A stretch of DNA of 64,000 nt from Moniliella sp. 'wahieum' (lineage: Eukaryota): assembly GCA_003971905.1 (NCBI GenBank), contig RSEE01000117.1:124001-188000 (forward strand). The letters run 5' to 3'. A program made the position numbers and the translations under genes. The number at the start of each line of letters is the position of its first letter. Position 1 is the stretch's first letter. Shown one piece after another: positions 10,442 through 24,100 of the stretch. Below the pieces are notes generated by a model, which worked only from the letters and a program-made list of their open reading frames with translations, did not search any database and had not been told where the DNA came from.

Positions 10442-12219
10442 ATGTACGTTTGGCTTTTCCTTCCGTCCGGAGTTTTGGAGCTGTGCATACTGAACATTGA
10501 GATTCATTCTCCCTCTTTCGTGGTTTGCTCGGTTTTCATTCATACAACAGGCATTTGTGTAAGCTCAACTCCTCTCTTTGTTGGACTTTGGGCGAGGCGT
10601 AATTCTGACTGCTGTATCCGATTCGCATTGAAACAGACGGAGCAATCATATTTACCCAAGACAAAAACACCCACCGCATCCCTCTTCTGGCCGCATGGGA
10701 TCTGAGCCCTTTCAGCTGGCTGCGGAGGCAGCAGATGCAGGACCAAATGGCCTCTGATTCCAAGGTACGTGTGCCTCTCTTTCCGGGAAATGCGCCAGCA
10801 CATCTAATCTCACATGATATTCCTTTTTGCAGGAGTTGGCAGAGGCGACGCCACCCAACGGCCAAGTCCAGCTCGAATCCAGCGAATTTGTGGCCTTCTC
10901 TTCCGGCCGGCCAAGAGAAGATGAGCTGTGCGGGGTGATTGACGGATTCGGAGTACCCACGGGATGTAGCACTAGCTGTGCTGGACAAGATGCTGGAAGA
11001 AATGGTGGTGCGAGTGCCCAAAGCTCGGTACCAAGCCCGCATCGCCCAGCTAGTCAACTCAAACCCGACCGAGTTCATGGTAGACTATACGTCCGACGCC
11101 ACTCTGCCCACACCCAATAAGGCGCCTGAGCCAGAAGATTGGACTGGATGTATGCCACGTCTCGGTGATAAGGACATATTTGACCCAGTGCAAGCCGAAT
11201 TCCAACGGAGACAAGCTGAGGGCAATCGTGTAGGGATTGATGATCCTGTCCTTGTTGCCGCCTTGGAGTTCCCTTCAGCACAGGAGTACCTGACCCGCTA
11301 CCAAGACCTCAATTTGGCACGCGAGCTGGCCTTAAATCAGTTCGAGTCCCGTACCACGGGGGGGAGAGCGTTTGGCGTAGCCTCGGGGCGCAAGTTGATG
11401 GATAAGAAGCGATCGTTCCTAAGTTTGGGACGGCACTCTCCCCGAGTTCCTCCCACCGAGCACCCCGTACGGACGGTGCAGCATCAAGCATCTCTCGTCT
11501 CGACCGTGCCATCGCAAGTCAGTACGGCTGGCCTAAGCGAGGGCACGAGCTGGACCAGCGAAGCGCATTCGATCTCTGCCACGTCGGGAAACAAGGGCAC
11601 CGACACTCCTTCCACACGACCTAACACGCTCCCTGCTCCCAGCGCTGCTCCCGCAAGCGCTGGCACCGACACCCGTGCTCGAAGCACAACGGTCACGCTA
11701 GGTGGCGCAGTGCCTCCCCTTGAACATGGCACCGACTTGAAACCGCCCGAGACGGGGGTGCAAGAGAGTCTGAGTCAACTTCGCAAATTGCGGTCTTCTG
11801 CTACCTCAACCCCGGATGTGGACGGCAGCGAGCCCGAGACAGAGGAACAGGATGCACGGACACCCACGCCTTTGGCCGGGTATGGTGCCATTCGCGCTGC
11901 CCTCGCCTCCTCGCCCACCTCGAACCGCACCACCTCACGGCTCCAGACGCGCGCATCGCCTACGCCTCACAAGGAGAGCCCCGCACCGTTGCATCTGGAA
12001 CGGCGAATGCCCGTTGCTCCCATACTACCCATTGTAGAAGAACCCGGGAATAGTAGGCGCCCTGTCGACCCTACCCTGCCTCCTCCTAGTCCATCCTTGA
12101 TCATGGACAGGCGCGCCTCCCATCTCTCACGCAAGGTCCATGCTAGCTCGGGCCGGCTGGCCATGCCTGGTCGCAAGCGCTCGCACACGGAAGGGGACGA
12201 GAATTGCATTGTGATGTAA
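10442..12219 (+). CDS. Ykt6-like longin-domain protein lacking the SNARE motif, with C-terminal CaaX (CIVM)
   Basis: Exons 10442-10443, 10551-10558, 10637-10764, 10833-12219 (one indel near 10938) give MHLYGAIIFTQDKNTHRIPLLAAWDLSPFSWLRRQQMQDQMASDSKELAEATPPNGQ...LCGV-LTDSEYPRDVALAVLDKMLEEM...LEFPSAQEYLTRYQD. This is colinear with Ykt6 longin motifs (DLSxF, TDxEYPxRVA, YLxxYQD). The protein ends NCIVM*. Confidence 0.75.
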
Positions 12220-12687
12220 CTAGGCCTCCATCTGACGTGGTTTGCACGGTCTCGCTGGGAGGGTCTTCGTGCAAGCCCTCCATCATGCCTTTTTTCTTGT
12301 TCATAATTCTCACGCCATCCTCCACACTCCTTTGTCCTATCCCTCTATACGATCTTGCTGCTCCATGATTTGCCTTTGTCCTCTGGTGCCCCTCTAACTC
12401 TCGATTCTTCACTTATAGGCTGTATGAGGATTAGCCTAATACACTCCGCCACAAAAACCTCTTTGCAAAATAACTGTTGCCTCGGCCCAAATAACGGAGA
12501 AACTGGAGACATCAAAAATGTTGCTCTACTGCAGGACAGATGGTGTGGTACGGAGGTCATCAACCACGGACGGTTGCCCCAATACATGATTCGGCAGTGG
12601 GAGGAAGAAGCCAGCCACTCGTGCTTTGGGAGAATGGCGACCCACTCCCCCCTCTTCCCCCCTCCCGTCCTGCTAACGCTTCTCGTC

Positions 12688-12855
12688 CGCGTCGCCGACA
12701 ATTTCAAACGGAACGCGAGACGCGCTCGGCGGCTGCAATTTGAAACGCCGCGCCCAGATCCGAATGCCGCGGGCGGGGGAGGGACACTGGCCTGGTGCCC
12801 GGGTGCAGCGCGTCGCGTCCCCGCCCTGTGCGCCCGCGCGCACTGCCGACGCGAT
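12688..12855 (+). promoter_or_regulatory. POL1 promoter with MCB-like CGCG elements and a repeated CAATTT(C/G)AAACG motif
   Basis: ACGCGA at 12713, ACGCG at 12720, CGCGTCGCGT near 12809; CAATTTCAAACG at 12699 and CAATTTGAAACG at 12736. Confidence 0.4.
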
Positions 12856-12936
12856 GGGGCGCTGCGGGCAGGCTCGCGTATACAATAAAGACGGCGCGGT
12901 GCAGGGCGCGTCCTGTGCTCTGCCCCCACCACCCCC

Positions 12937-15900
12937 ATGTCCTCTCGAGCGGCGCGTGCTTCGGCGCTGCAGGCGCTTGCTGCGCGGCGCAAGGGCCATG
13001 CGCTCCCCGTCAGCGACTCCGACGACGACGGCCGCATCTACGACGAGGTCTCCGAGGCCGAGTACAGCAGCTACGTCCGCGGCCGCGTCCTCGCCGACAC
13101 CTTCATCGAAGACGACGACGGCAGCGGCTATGTCGATCATGGCCAAGATGAGTGGGCCAGCGACGGCCCCGACAGCGACGAAGAGTACCGCCGCCACTTT
13201 GGCACCGGCAAGAAGAAGGCCAAGCGCGCCCTTCCTGAGCAGGGCGACTACTTTAGCTCCGCCCCCCGCCGCAAGAAGCCCGCCGCTCCTGCCCACAATC
13301 CCGCCGCTCGCGCCCGCACCCTGTTTGGCACGACCCCTGTCTCACACCACTCGAAGCAGGACGAGGAGGCGTTTATGAACAACATCCTCAACAATCTCGA
13401 TGCTCAGCCGGAGGAACCTGCTGCCCCCCTTCTGCGGCCCATCCAAGGCCAGAAGCGCACCCGCCCTCCTGAGTTTGGAGGATTCGAGCGCTTCCGCACC
13501 GCTCGGCGCGCTCCCGCTAGCCCCGCCAGCAGTTCCACTGGAATACCCAGCAGTGACCCCTTGATCGAAAGCCCACCCACGAACAAGCCCGCCCCGGGTG
13601 CGCATCATGCAGCCAGCACCGACGGACGACGATGAACTGAGCTGGCTCAATGAGGCCCCTGTCCCTTCCCTTCGTCCAGTGGCGAGCAAGCGGGCCAAAA
13701 CCCAAGATTCCCCCGCCGCATTGGACGTGGTAGCAGCTGCGATTCAGCCTAAGATTTCCGTCTTTGACGAGGACGACAGCGAGGATGAAGGGGTGCGCGC
13801 TGTGCAACCACAAAGCAAATTTGAGCGGGCCACCGCCCAGTCCCGTACCCCTATGACTAAGCCTGCTTCTGCTTCTGCTTCTCCCCCTGCTGCTGCTCCT
13901 GTTGCTCATCCGGGAACGGCGACGGCTGTACCAGCAAAGTTGGATATTGACTGGCGCCAGATCCATGAGGCGCTCATTATGGACGATGACGACTGGGAGG
14001 CCGACCTGATGGAGGAGGATGCAGCAATCGAGGCTCAGGCTAAGGCTCAGGCATCGGCACCGACACACACGACCCGCTCTCCGCCCTCCACCCGCGAAGA
14101 GAGACCCAATGACCGACGTTGCTTTGGGCGACCGCGAGAAGAAGGTGCGTGAGGCATACTATGAGTCCGATGGAGGCGTCTACTTTTACTGGCTGGACCA
14201 CTACGAACAAGGGGACAAGATCCATCTGATTGGCAAGCTTCGTTCCAAGACTACCCAGGAGTGGGAGAGTTGTTGCGTTACGGTCGAAGGCATGGAGCGG
14301 TGCTTGTATGTCCTGCCCAAGCAGGACCCTGCAAATCAAGGTATGTGTACCCCCTTTCCCACAAAGTTGTACAGTACTGACTCCACTCTAGATCTTGAGG
14401 CGGCCCGTAAGATCCGGGAGGACAAGCTGGCGCGTCGTGCTAAGACGCGTCGAGGCCAGAATGTCGACAACATTGAGATTGATGATGAGGAAGAACAGCC
14501 ATGGCAAGAGGAAGTGTTCGATGAGTTTGATGCGCTGCGATCCAAGTTTGGGATCAAGTCGTTCCTGTCCACCTGGGTGTTGCGGGACTATGCATTCGAA
14601 TTGCCCGACGTGCCACGACAGTCCCGATACCTCAAGGTCCGATATGGGTTTGACGAGACGCAACTTCCTTACGACTTGACGGGAGAGACGATTGCGCAGG
14701 CGTTGGGTATGGAGGAGGGTGAGGAGGGGTGAAAGTAAGATTGCCGTGTGTTGGTACGGGGTCATCGGCATTTGAGCTTTTCCTGCTGAAACGGCGGATT
14801 ATGGGTCCTTGCTGGCTCAAGCTCAACGATCCTACTCCCCGTTCCGTTCGGGGCCAACCCGTCCACACGGGCGACGAGGTTGTGAGTTGGTGCCAGACCG
14901 AGTTGTCCGTGGACGAACCCAAGGCTGTTTCGGTCGTCACGAGTTCAATGCCTGACGCCCCAACTGGTACACCCGCCGCTCAAGATCATGTCCTTGAGTG
15001 TGCGTACCGTCGTTAACTTTAAAGCGAACCAGCGGGAGGTGTTGTGCGCGTCGGCACGAACGTGGTCCGATTATGCACTGGAAGACAAGCCGGTCAATGG
15101 AAAGTTCGAAGATCGTCCATTTGACAAGCGTCCCTCCACGGTCAAGAGTTTTGTCCGACCTATTGGAGGGAGTTTTCCTGATGGGTTTGACAAGTTGGTC
15201 AGTCGGCGACGATCCAAGGTTGTGGCTGTCAATTACGAGCGTGGCCTGCTTAACGCCCTCCTCGCTCATATCCAGGGACAGGACCCTGATGTTATTGTGG
15301 GTCATGACATGATTGGGGTTTCTTTGGACGTGCTGCTGCACCGGATGCGGGAGCTCAAGTCGGACCAATGGTCACGCGTCGGTCGGATGCGGCGGCGAGC
15401 ATGGCCACAACTGACGGCGAACTCGGCTATCTATCTCATGGCCGGCCGGTTGCTGATGGACCTCTCTTCTGATTGTGGGAAGAGCATGATTGCCTCCACC
15501 TCTTGGTCGCTCACTGAGATGGCATCCACCCACCTTGGCGTCTTGCGCGACGAGATTGACCCCGACGAGACGGCGGGCGCGTTCCTGGATCCGGCCAAGA
15601 TCTGCCTCTTCCTCAGTCATAGCGAGATGGATACGTGGCTCGTCATGGCGATTGCTGCCAAGTTGCAAGTCCCGCTCACCAAGCAACTGACCAACATCGC
15701 CGGAAACAGTTGGAATCGGACTTTGAACCGGGGGCAGGGCCGAACGGAACGAGTACATTCTTCTCCATGACTTTTACGACAAGAAGTATGTGTTGCCCGA
15801 CAAGGTGACTGGCCGAGAGCGTATGCACGCCAAGCGCATCCGAGACAAGTTTGCCGTCCCCCAACCTAAGGCAGTGGCAACCCCCAAGGTCAAGCGCGAT

Positions 15901-17898
15901 AAGTTTAAGGGTGGCTTGGTCTTTGACCCCAAGCGTGGCCTGTGCGACAAATATGTACTGGTGATGGACTTTAACTCGCTGTACCCCTCCATCATCCAGG
16001 AGTTAACATCGACTTTACCACCGTTGAGCGGGTCAAGGGGGAGCCCAGGCCTGTTGAGAACCAAGAAGGGAAGAAGCCCAACCGGGGAAGAAGTTCCGGA
16101 AGTGCCTTCTTCAGATGTGGAGCAGGGTGTGCTTCCTGCACTCATTGCTACCCTAGTTGACAAACGCCGGGCCGTTAAAGGTTTGATGAAGGACAAGCGG
16201 GCCACCAAGGCACAGCTAGCCCAATGGAACGTCAAACAGCTCGCTCTCAAGTTGACTGCCAACAGTATGTATGGCTGTCTTGGGTTTGAGAACTCGCGCT
16301 TCTATGCCCGCCCCCTTGCGGCTTTGACCACTTTTAAAGGGCGTGAGATTTTGCGGCAAACTCGCGAACTCGCCGAAGGAATCTCTCTCGAGGTTATCTA
16401 TGGTGACACGGATTCCGTCATGATCAACACCAACAAGGTGACTTACGACGAGGCAATGCAGATTGGGCGTGAGTTCAAGAAAGCGGTCAACAAGCATTAC
16501 AAATTGCTGGAGATTGACATTGATGCCGTATTTGAGCGCATGCTCCTGCTCCAAAAGAAGAAGTACGCTGCTCTCAAGGTCGAGGACGATGGCTCCCGCA
16601 CCAAGGAGATCAAGGGCCTCGATATGAAACGTCGCGAATACTGCCAGCTTTCCAAGGACGCATCGAGGTACGTCTTCCTTACTATTTTCTCTCTTTTTCT
16701 TCGTATTGACTCGTGTATCCACAGCTCCGTCCTCTCCCAAATCCTCTCGGGCGAAGCGACAGAGACCGTGGTAGGTGAGATCCATGAGCTCCTCCGCACG
16801 TTGGCGACCGAGGTGCGTGAGGGCCGCAAGACACTCGATTCCTTCATCATCTACAAGCGCCTAGGCAAAAACCCTGAAGACTACCCCGACGCCAAGTCGC
16901 AGCCACACGTGCAAGTGGCGCTTCGGATGAAAGAGAAGGGGTTGTCCGCCCGGGCTGGGGATGTGATTCCTTACATCTTCACTGTTCCCGAGGGAGAGGA
17001 AGCGTCTACCAAGTCGGCGCAAGCGTCGCGTGCGCACCACCCAGACGACCTTCGTCGTGACGGCAGCTCACTCAAGGTGGATCTCGAGTATTATCTCTCG
17101 CTGCAGGTGCTTCCCCCATTGAACGTTTGTGCGAGAGCATCGAGGGTACGGATCGTGCCCGTTTGGCTGAATGTCTTGGACTTGATGTTCGCCGCTACAC
17201 TCAATCGAACGAGAAGGACGAGTCAGCAGCCCAGGGAGGCGCATTTGCTCCACTCGACAGCCAGCTCACCCCAGAGCAGCGATATGGGCACTGTGACAAG
17301 CTCACCTTCCACTGCCCATCTTGCAACGCGCGATACTGCCTTTGAGGGTCTGCTTGCCGCCTTCGCCAAGGAACAGCTTGTCTCGGGTCCGACGGTCGCA
17401 CCGGCCAATAGCGTGGGCATCCGCTGTTCAGGTTGCCAGCGAACCCTCGGACTGCCGTTGCTGGCGGTCCAGCTCAACCGTCGGATGCAGCAGCACATCA
17501 ATCGCTACTATGCTGGCTGGCGCGTGTGCACCGACTCGGGGTGTGGGCTGCGTTGCCGCCTACCGGGAGTGTACGCAATGCGCTGCCGTTCTCGCGGCTG
17601 CCCTGGGACTACAGTGGAGGAGTACACGGACAAGGACCTGTACACCCAGCTTTCGTACTACCAACATCTCTTTGATCTCACCACCGTGGCCAACTCCGCG
17701 GAGGCACACAGAGCCCCCGGCGCGGTGCTGCAGCTGCGCATGCGCCATGCCCGACTTGCCAAGGTGCTCTACACGACCGTCGACCGTATGCTCTCCCGCT
17801 CGGCGAGGCGGTACGTCGACATTGGCTCCCTTTTTGCTGGAATCACCCTTTCCGGCTCGGCGGCAGCACCCAAGCGGCCGGGCGTCGCGTTCGCGTAA
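12937..17898 (+). CDS. POL1: DNA polymerase alpha catalytic subunit (several indels; introns about 14341-14390 and 16668-16724)
   Basis: N-terminal IYDEVSEAEY...FIEDDDGSGYVDHG; family-B motifs DFNSLYPSII, KLTANSMYGCLG, YGDTDS; C-terminal Cys-rich zinc finger and YTDKDLYTQLSYY. Confidence 0.97.
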
Positions 17899-18139
17899 CC
17901 CCCTTCTCACCATGGGTATCCTATCCCATTCCCGTCCTGAGCCCACTCACGGGCCTTCCCAACATGTCCATATCTAAACCCTCTCTAGCCTTGTCCCCCT
18001 GTTCCTTGCAAGAATATGTTTCGTTTCCCAGCTCACCTTTATATCCATTAGCGACTGTCTGCACTGTAGTGGAGCGATCCGGCGAGGGCTTGATTCTGCC
18101 CTGATCATTTTGTATTAGCAGGACAAGAGAAAAGTTGAT

Positions 18140-21100
18140 TCATACTAGTTTAGCGCTCTCAGTATCGAGTACGTCGCTCCTTGTGCTCGACATGGCCGCG
18201 CTTGGCTGCTGGTCAAACGCTTTGCGCTTGCGCGAAGCGTGTTTTTGGTGCTGCCGATGCGCCCGTCTCCTGGCTGCTTGAGCCGGGTCAGTGATGCTTT
18301 GCATCCGCACCGCATTCTTCCTCCCCCGGCGCTTGGCCTCAACCTTCTTGCGGAGATCGGCGAGGACAGTGGTAAATGCAGCTGCCCCAGCTTTACCCTG
18401 TGTTGCCTTCTGCAGCTCGCTCGCGGCCGCACGAATGTCCACTGCAATACTCAGGTCAGTTCCAATGCTTCTACGCGTGGGGTGGGACGTACTGTTCGAC
18501 TGCCAGTCCGATACTTTGAACGAAGCTTCGTCCAGGAAGAGCGAGGTGGGATGGATCAGGTGCGGCAAGTACCGTCCCACGTCCTCCTCAGAGATGGCTT
18601 GGAGTGCATCGAGTAGCGCCCCAAAGAGAACGACAGCCTGGCGAGAGATGTTGTCCTTGTCCGATCCAAAGCGGTTCCATTGAGGCAACAAGTTACGCAG
18701 TCCAAACGATAGCCGGCTGAACCACCAGGCCAGAGGGGACTTCCGATGCGCGTGGTGCGTCCTCTTGTTCGTCTCCTCGAGGGACTCGGGCTCTTCAACC
18801 TCTTCCTTCTCGCCTCCTCCGGGGCCTCGGGCTCTTCAGCCGCTTCCTTCTCCGCCTCCTTGGAATTGGTCTCGTCCTCGTCACTAGACTCTTCCATCTC
18901 ATCTTCGGTATCAGCCTCCACATCCGACTTTCCTCTTTTAGCTCCGTATCCTCCTCGGCATCCACCGTCGCACCACTCTTGTAAAGCAAGGTCGCGACCT
19001 GGGCCAAACACGTGCGGTAAACGCTACCCAGCTCTTGAGTCAAAAAGGGAGATGAGGGAGTGGGTGAGCATACGGGTAGCTTCCAGAGAGACGAGCTGAG
19101 CTGCTGAAAGAACCTGCTGCTTGGCCTGAACACCTTCATCGAGCGAAGCCAAGGCATCCGAGAGCAGGTGGGACAAGAAGGTACATGCCGTTTGGTCGAT
19201 GGAGCGAATGGGGCTCGCCACGCACAGCATCAATGCGTCCCACAGCTGCGATCCGGCAAACTGATGCAAGCTCGCAAGCGGCACACCTTGTCGCGGCCCC
19301 ACCGTCCCAATCAACACAAGGGCATGCGACGTGGCCAATGCTGCGTCGGGGTTGCCGGATTGTGCTTCCTCGGCCTCGGCGACCAGAGTGGCCGCCGCAC
19401 TGCGCAATGCCTGACCCAGCCATTCTGGCTGCTCCCCGGTGCGAGTTCTTGGCAGCAACGAGGTAGCAGAGCATCCCCAGCTTGGCCACATTGGGCTTGT
19501 CGGTCTGCTTGGCCCAGTTTTGGACGAGCAGGAGAAGCGTGGCAAACTTGTCCTCGGGCACAGCAGCCAACAGATCCTGCAGAAGCCTGGTCGACGTTTC
19601 CCGCACTTTGACGGAATCGTCGTTGGCAACTCGCATGACAAGGGCAATGAAGAGCGAGTCAATGGAGCCGGCTAATGCGCCCGCATTGAACTTGGCCACC
19701 ACAGCCCGCAGCAGTTCCAGCACTGACAGCCGGCCAGCCTCAAACTCATAGCTCAAGTTGCTGATGAGGAAGCTGAGTTGGTTGGCGTGTCGAGCCTTGC
19801 CGTGGGGGTAGTCCAACAGGAACTTGAGATAAAGCGCGGCAGGCGTCCCGTACATGCCCCGTCTGGTTGGTCACAAGCACCTTGGCCACTTCGTCCATCA
19901 CGTCGTAAATGATGGGCACTACGACCTGTTTGTCGAGCAAGACACGGAGCAAGGAAAACAGCGCCGATTGCACAGCCGGTTCTTCCAAGTCCGTCTTGGT
20001 CCATTCGAGCAGCTGGACCAGCTGTGCCTTCAGACCATGCTCTTGCTCATGCCTCATGTCGGGGATCTCCCGTAGCAAAGCACTGACCAACTTGAGTGCA
20101 AACTGAGATAGCTCAGCATGGAGGCCTCCATTGTGCTTGATCAGCTGCATCCCTTGATCGATCAGGACGTGCACCCGGGACTGGCCCTCCTCCCCGGCAG
20201 AGAGCGCCGGCAGATCCATCCGTGCAAAGGCCGTCATGGCCCGCAAGCTGCTTTCGACGATGGAGCTTTCAGAGGCGTATAGGGTGTTACCCACTGGATC
20301 GACAAGGCTGTTGAGACGGGAACGGTCCTCATCTTGGTCCAAATCCCATCGGCTCTTCTTGAGGTTGATCAGGAGGAGGTCCAAGCCGAGACTGACAAAA
20401 AAGTGCGCGTTCATAGACCAGGCCTCTTGAACCGAGGCATTATCCGACTCCACTTCCTTGCGCTTGCGCATCGTAATCAGGCTCGGTGCCGCTCCCGCTC
20501 CGCGTTCCACCCCTTTACCCGTAGGCACCGCTTCCTGGCTGAGGGAGGATGACTCCGTGATAAGCGAATAGCACAGCGTGGCCATCTCAGCTTTGCTGAT
20601 ATGCGTGTTCTCAGCTAGCCCAGAGGCCAGGTGGCGAAAAATGGTGTGGAATGTGGTCTTGACGTTGGGCATGGGCAGTTGCATCTGTTCTCGCAGAGGG
20701 AGAAGCAAGTCTCTTAAAGCTGGTCCCGCACAATACTTGGCCAAGAGTTCAACAGTGTTGATGCTCTTGCTCCGTTTCATCTCGCGCTGCTTGAGCTTGC
20801 CCTCGGCGGTCACTCGGTCTTCAGCCACCCGGCCAAACATGTCTTCCCTGGCAACCGACATGATGAGAGCTACCGTTTCGGGCGGGATAGGGAGTTGGGG
20901 GTCATGCTCGACAGAGTGGAACAGAATGTCATGCACAACAAATGCCGCGGTCGCCTTCTGCGCATCTCGCGTGAGCATAGTCTGCAGCGTCTGAACCATG
21001 GGGTAAAGGGCTTCCGGACCAAACGCATCTTGGACTTTGAGCAGCATCTCGCGTCCCATGTCCCGGGTTGTCTGCGCGCGGGCACGCAACACGTTGGCCA

Positions 21101-24100
21101 AGGAACGGTAAAGACGAATGGACATTTGCGCGCGCTCGTTAGACGGGAGTTTCTGCGCAATGTACACCACTCCCATCGCGATTGGAATCCGGGTGTCATC
21201 GTCGGATTCCTTGCCCGGTTCCATGTAGGCCAACAGGGTAGGGATCAACTTGCCCGTCACACGGGACAAAATCGTGGTCCGTGCTGCGCCCCCTGACTTG
21301 GCCACCGCTTTGGGTTCGTCCACGTCCATCTTGTCCTCCTTGTCTTCCTCCTCTTCCTTTCCTTGCGCCCTGCCCACCCGATTCATCGCCTGCATCATCC
21401 GTCAACTGGAAGGGGAAGCGTTGGAGAATGGCAACGATGAGCCTGACCATGATCCGCTCCTCCTTCGAGCGCTCCTTGACTTTGGACAGGTAGCCGGAGA
21501 GGAAGTGATAATAGGAGCGCCAGTCCAGCCCTGCCACAAGGCCGATAGAGCGTTGAGGGAAGAGTCGAGTAGGGCAGTAGCCCCCTCGGTGGCTTCAGTG
21601 AAAATCTTCCGCACGATGGGGAGGAGATATGCTTTGATTGCTGCAGGGGAGAAAAGGCGGGAGTCGGTGAAGCCGGCGAGACGGTTGAGGGCACGGTTGC
21701 GACGATGGTCTGGATATGATAGACGTTCTCGAAGAAGGATGCCTCGTCGTCCCCGTTGGCGCGCAGCGGACGCAGTTCGACCAATTCCGGAAAAAGTTCG
21801 ACCTTGTCCACAAGAGTGGAGAGGAGCCTGAGACCCTCAGTGCGCACCAATTCGTTGTTTGACACACCTGCTTTCTTGACTGCTGGAATGACGTATGCGA
21901 GGAGCAGGCGCGCCGCTTCGCTTTCCTCTCCCTCCTCCGCGGCAACGGCAATAAACTTGCGTAGAAGATTCGATGCGTTAGAGCGTACCGCCATATCATC
22001 ATCTTGCAAGAAGGTTGCTGCATTGGCCAGAAGAAGGAGCTGCTCAAACGTCTGCAACTCGGACCAGTCCAACTCATCAAGTTTGTCGAATGCGTCCAGA
22101 CGTCGATCAATGTCAATCTCGTCGAGGAGCTTGGGGTCGTACGCATTCAGGTCGCTCACCAGACTGGCAACGGGAGCCAGCTCTTCGTCCACCGCTGCCC
22201 AGGAGGACAAGGTGGTACACGCGGCAGTGCGCAGTGAGGGAAGACGAGCGTCCATGAATGTCTGGGCCAGAAGCGTGATGAAGGAGCCAGGCGAAAGGGC
22301 GTTGTTCGAGTCGAGTACCACCTTGTCCGTGGGCAACTTGGCCAGAAGACCAGAGAGGATAGATAGGACCTGAGCCTTCAGTCGTTCGTTACGACCCAAG
22401 CTTCCTGCTGTCACGAGGGCAACGAGCGCATCAAGAGAAGCGTTGCATCGGCCGCGTCAATCTCGAAGTTGGTGGCTAATTTGATGAGCTGTTGAGTGGC
22501 ACGGAGCAGAATCTGGTGCTTTCCCTCGGCCGCATGTTTGCCTTGGTTGGCACACCACGCTGCCACATCCCGGGTAAAGAGGGTAGCAACTGATCCCACC
22601 AACGCGGAAAGTACCACATCCCGGTCTGATTCGTCCTCGTCCGCTGCGGGCAGAGCAAGGTCAGTCAAATTCTCCATCACAGCCAGTACCGCCGAGGCCA
22701 CGGGCTCCTTGACCGCCGGCGCAGCAAGGAGCGCAAAAAGTTGCGGTAGAGTGGCCTCGTCGGCACCCAACCAGGATGCCAGCTCTGAGCTCTTAGACCA
22801 GGAGAGGAAGAGGGTGTGCAGCGCGCCCACCGAGTCAGCACCCTCGCGAGGCAGGTCCTTCAGTCGAGGGCTAACCAGCTCGGAAATGATGACTGGCTTG
22901 AAGGGCGACCAGTCGTACCGCATCTCATCCACTGGAAGCGTGAAGAGATCGTTGAGCCTGCGCAAGCCCAGCTGGCGAAGCGCACGTGGGCCGGAGCTCG
23001 CCCCTCCCTCGTCCTTGGCAATCGCGGCCGAACGGGCGGCTTGAACAGTAATAGTCACCACACAGACCGACCACCTCCTTCCAGTACGGGCCCAAACTGA
23101 GACGGAGGTAGCGCAGGACATCGGCCAGAGCCGCGAGGAAGCCGCGCTGCTGTCGTGGAGAGGCCCCCAATGGACTAGGAGACGGACGGAAGCTTCCTGC
23201 CGGCCCGTGAAATCAAGTTGGGCCACATCCGCCTTGAAAGGCACAGTCATCAAGTCAAAGAACGGTCGCAGTTCTTCCGGTAGACACCTGGCCAAGCTAT
23301 TAAGCATGGCGATCCTCCGCGACTTGTAGCCAGACTTATTGCGGCGGCCGGTGGTAGCCGTTATCTGGCCAAAAAAGATATGCTGAACGACGGGTAGGAG
23401 CATGCCACGGTGTGCCAGATCGATTTGCCCAGCGTCTGGGGCAAGGTCGAACTTGGCCAGCTCATCACGTTGGCTGCTTTTACCCAACAAGTTCTCCAGA
23501 GACTTGGTGTACGTCGTCAGCTCAATCTCGCGGTAGGCTAGGAGGGCAGCCAAAGCACCCATTTGCACTTCCGCGTCTTTAGCCGCACAGCTTTCGAGGA
23601 ACGCACTGCGCAGCTCAGACGAACGATCGACCTTGCGCAGGTGGGGCATGCGAGAGAAGACCTTGAGCAGAGATACGTAGGTGTTTGTCCTCTGCTTCTG
23701 CCCAAGTCCAGTCCAGAGGGTTTCATGCGGGGTAGCGTAGACAGACTCGACGAGGTCACCCTTGACTTGGAAAAGAGCTGAACCATGGGCTTGTTGTTCT
23801 GCTGAACGGCTTGAGGGATGAGAGCGAGAAGTGAAAGGATCTGCAGGCGGTAGTTGGTAGGTCAAGACGAGCCATCGGGGCGGACACTTCCGTAACTGAG
23901 TCCTCCGAAAGCGCAGCGTCGACGCTCTTCTCACGGGTGACGAGGAAGGGATCAACCCACTCCTTGGGAGGTTGGGGAATACCCGTCTCAGCAGGGAAAA
24001 GCTCTTGCGGAATCGCCGAATCGAGGGATGGGGTGGTTGGCGCCACTGGGCCTGCCATCTCGCGTGTTGGGGGAGGCGCAATGAGAGCCGGCGCGGTCAG

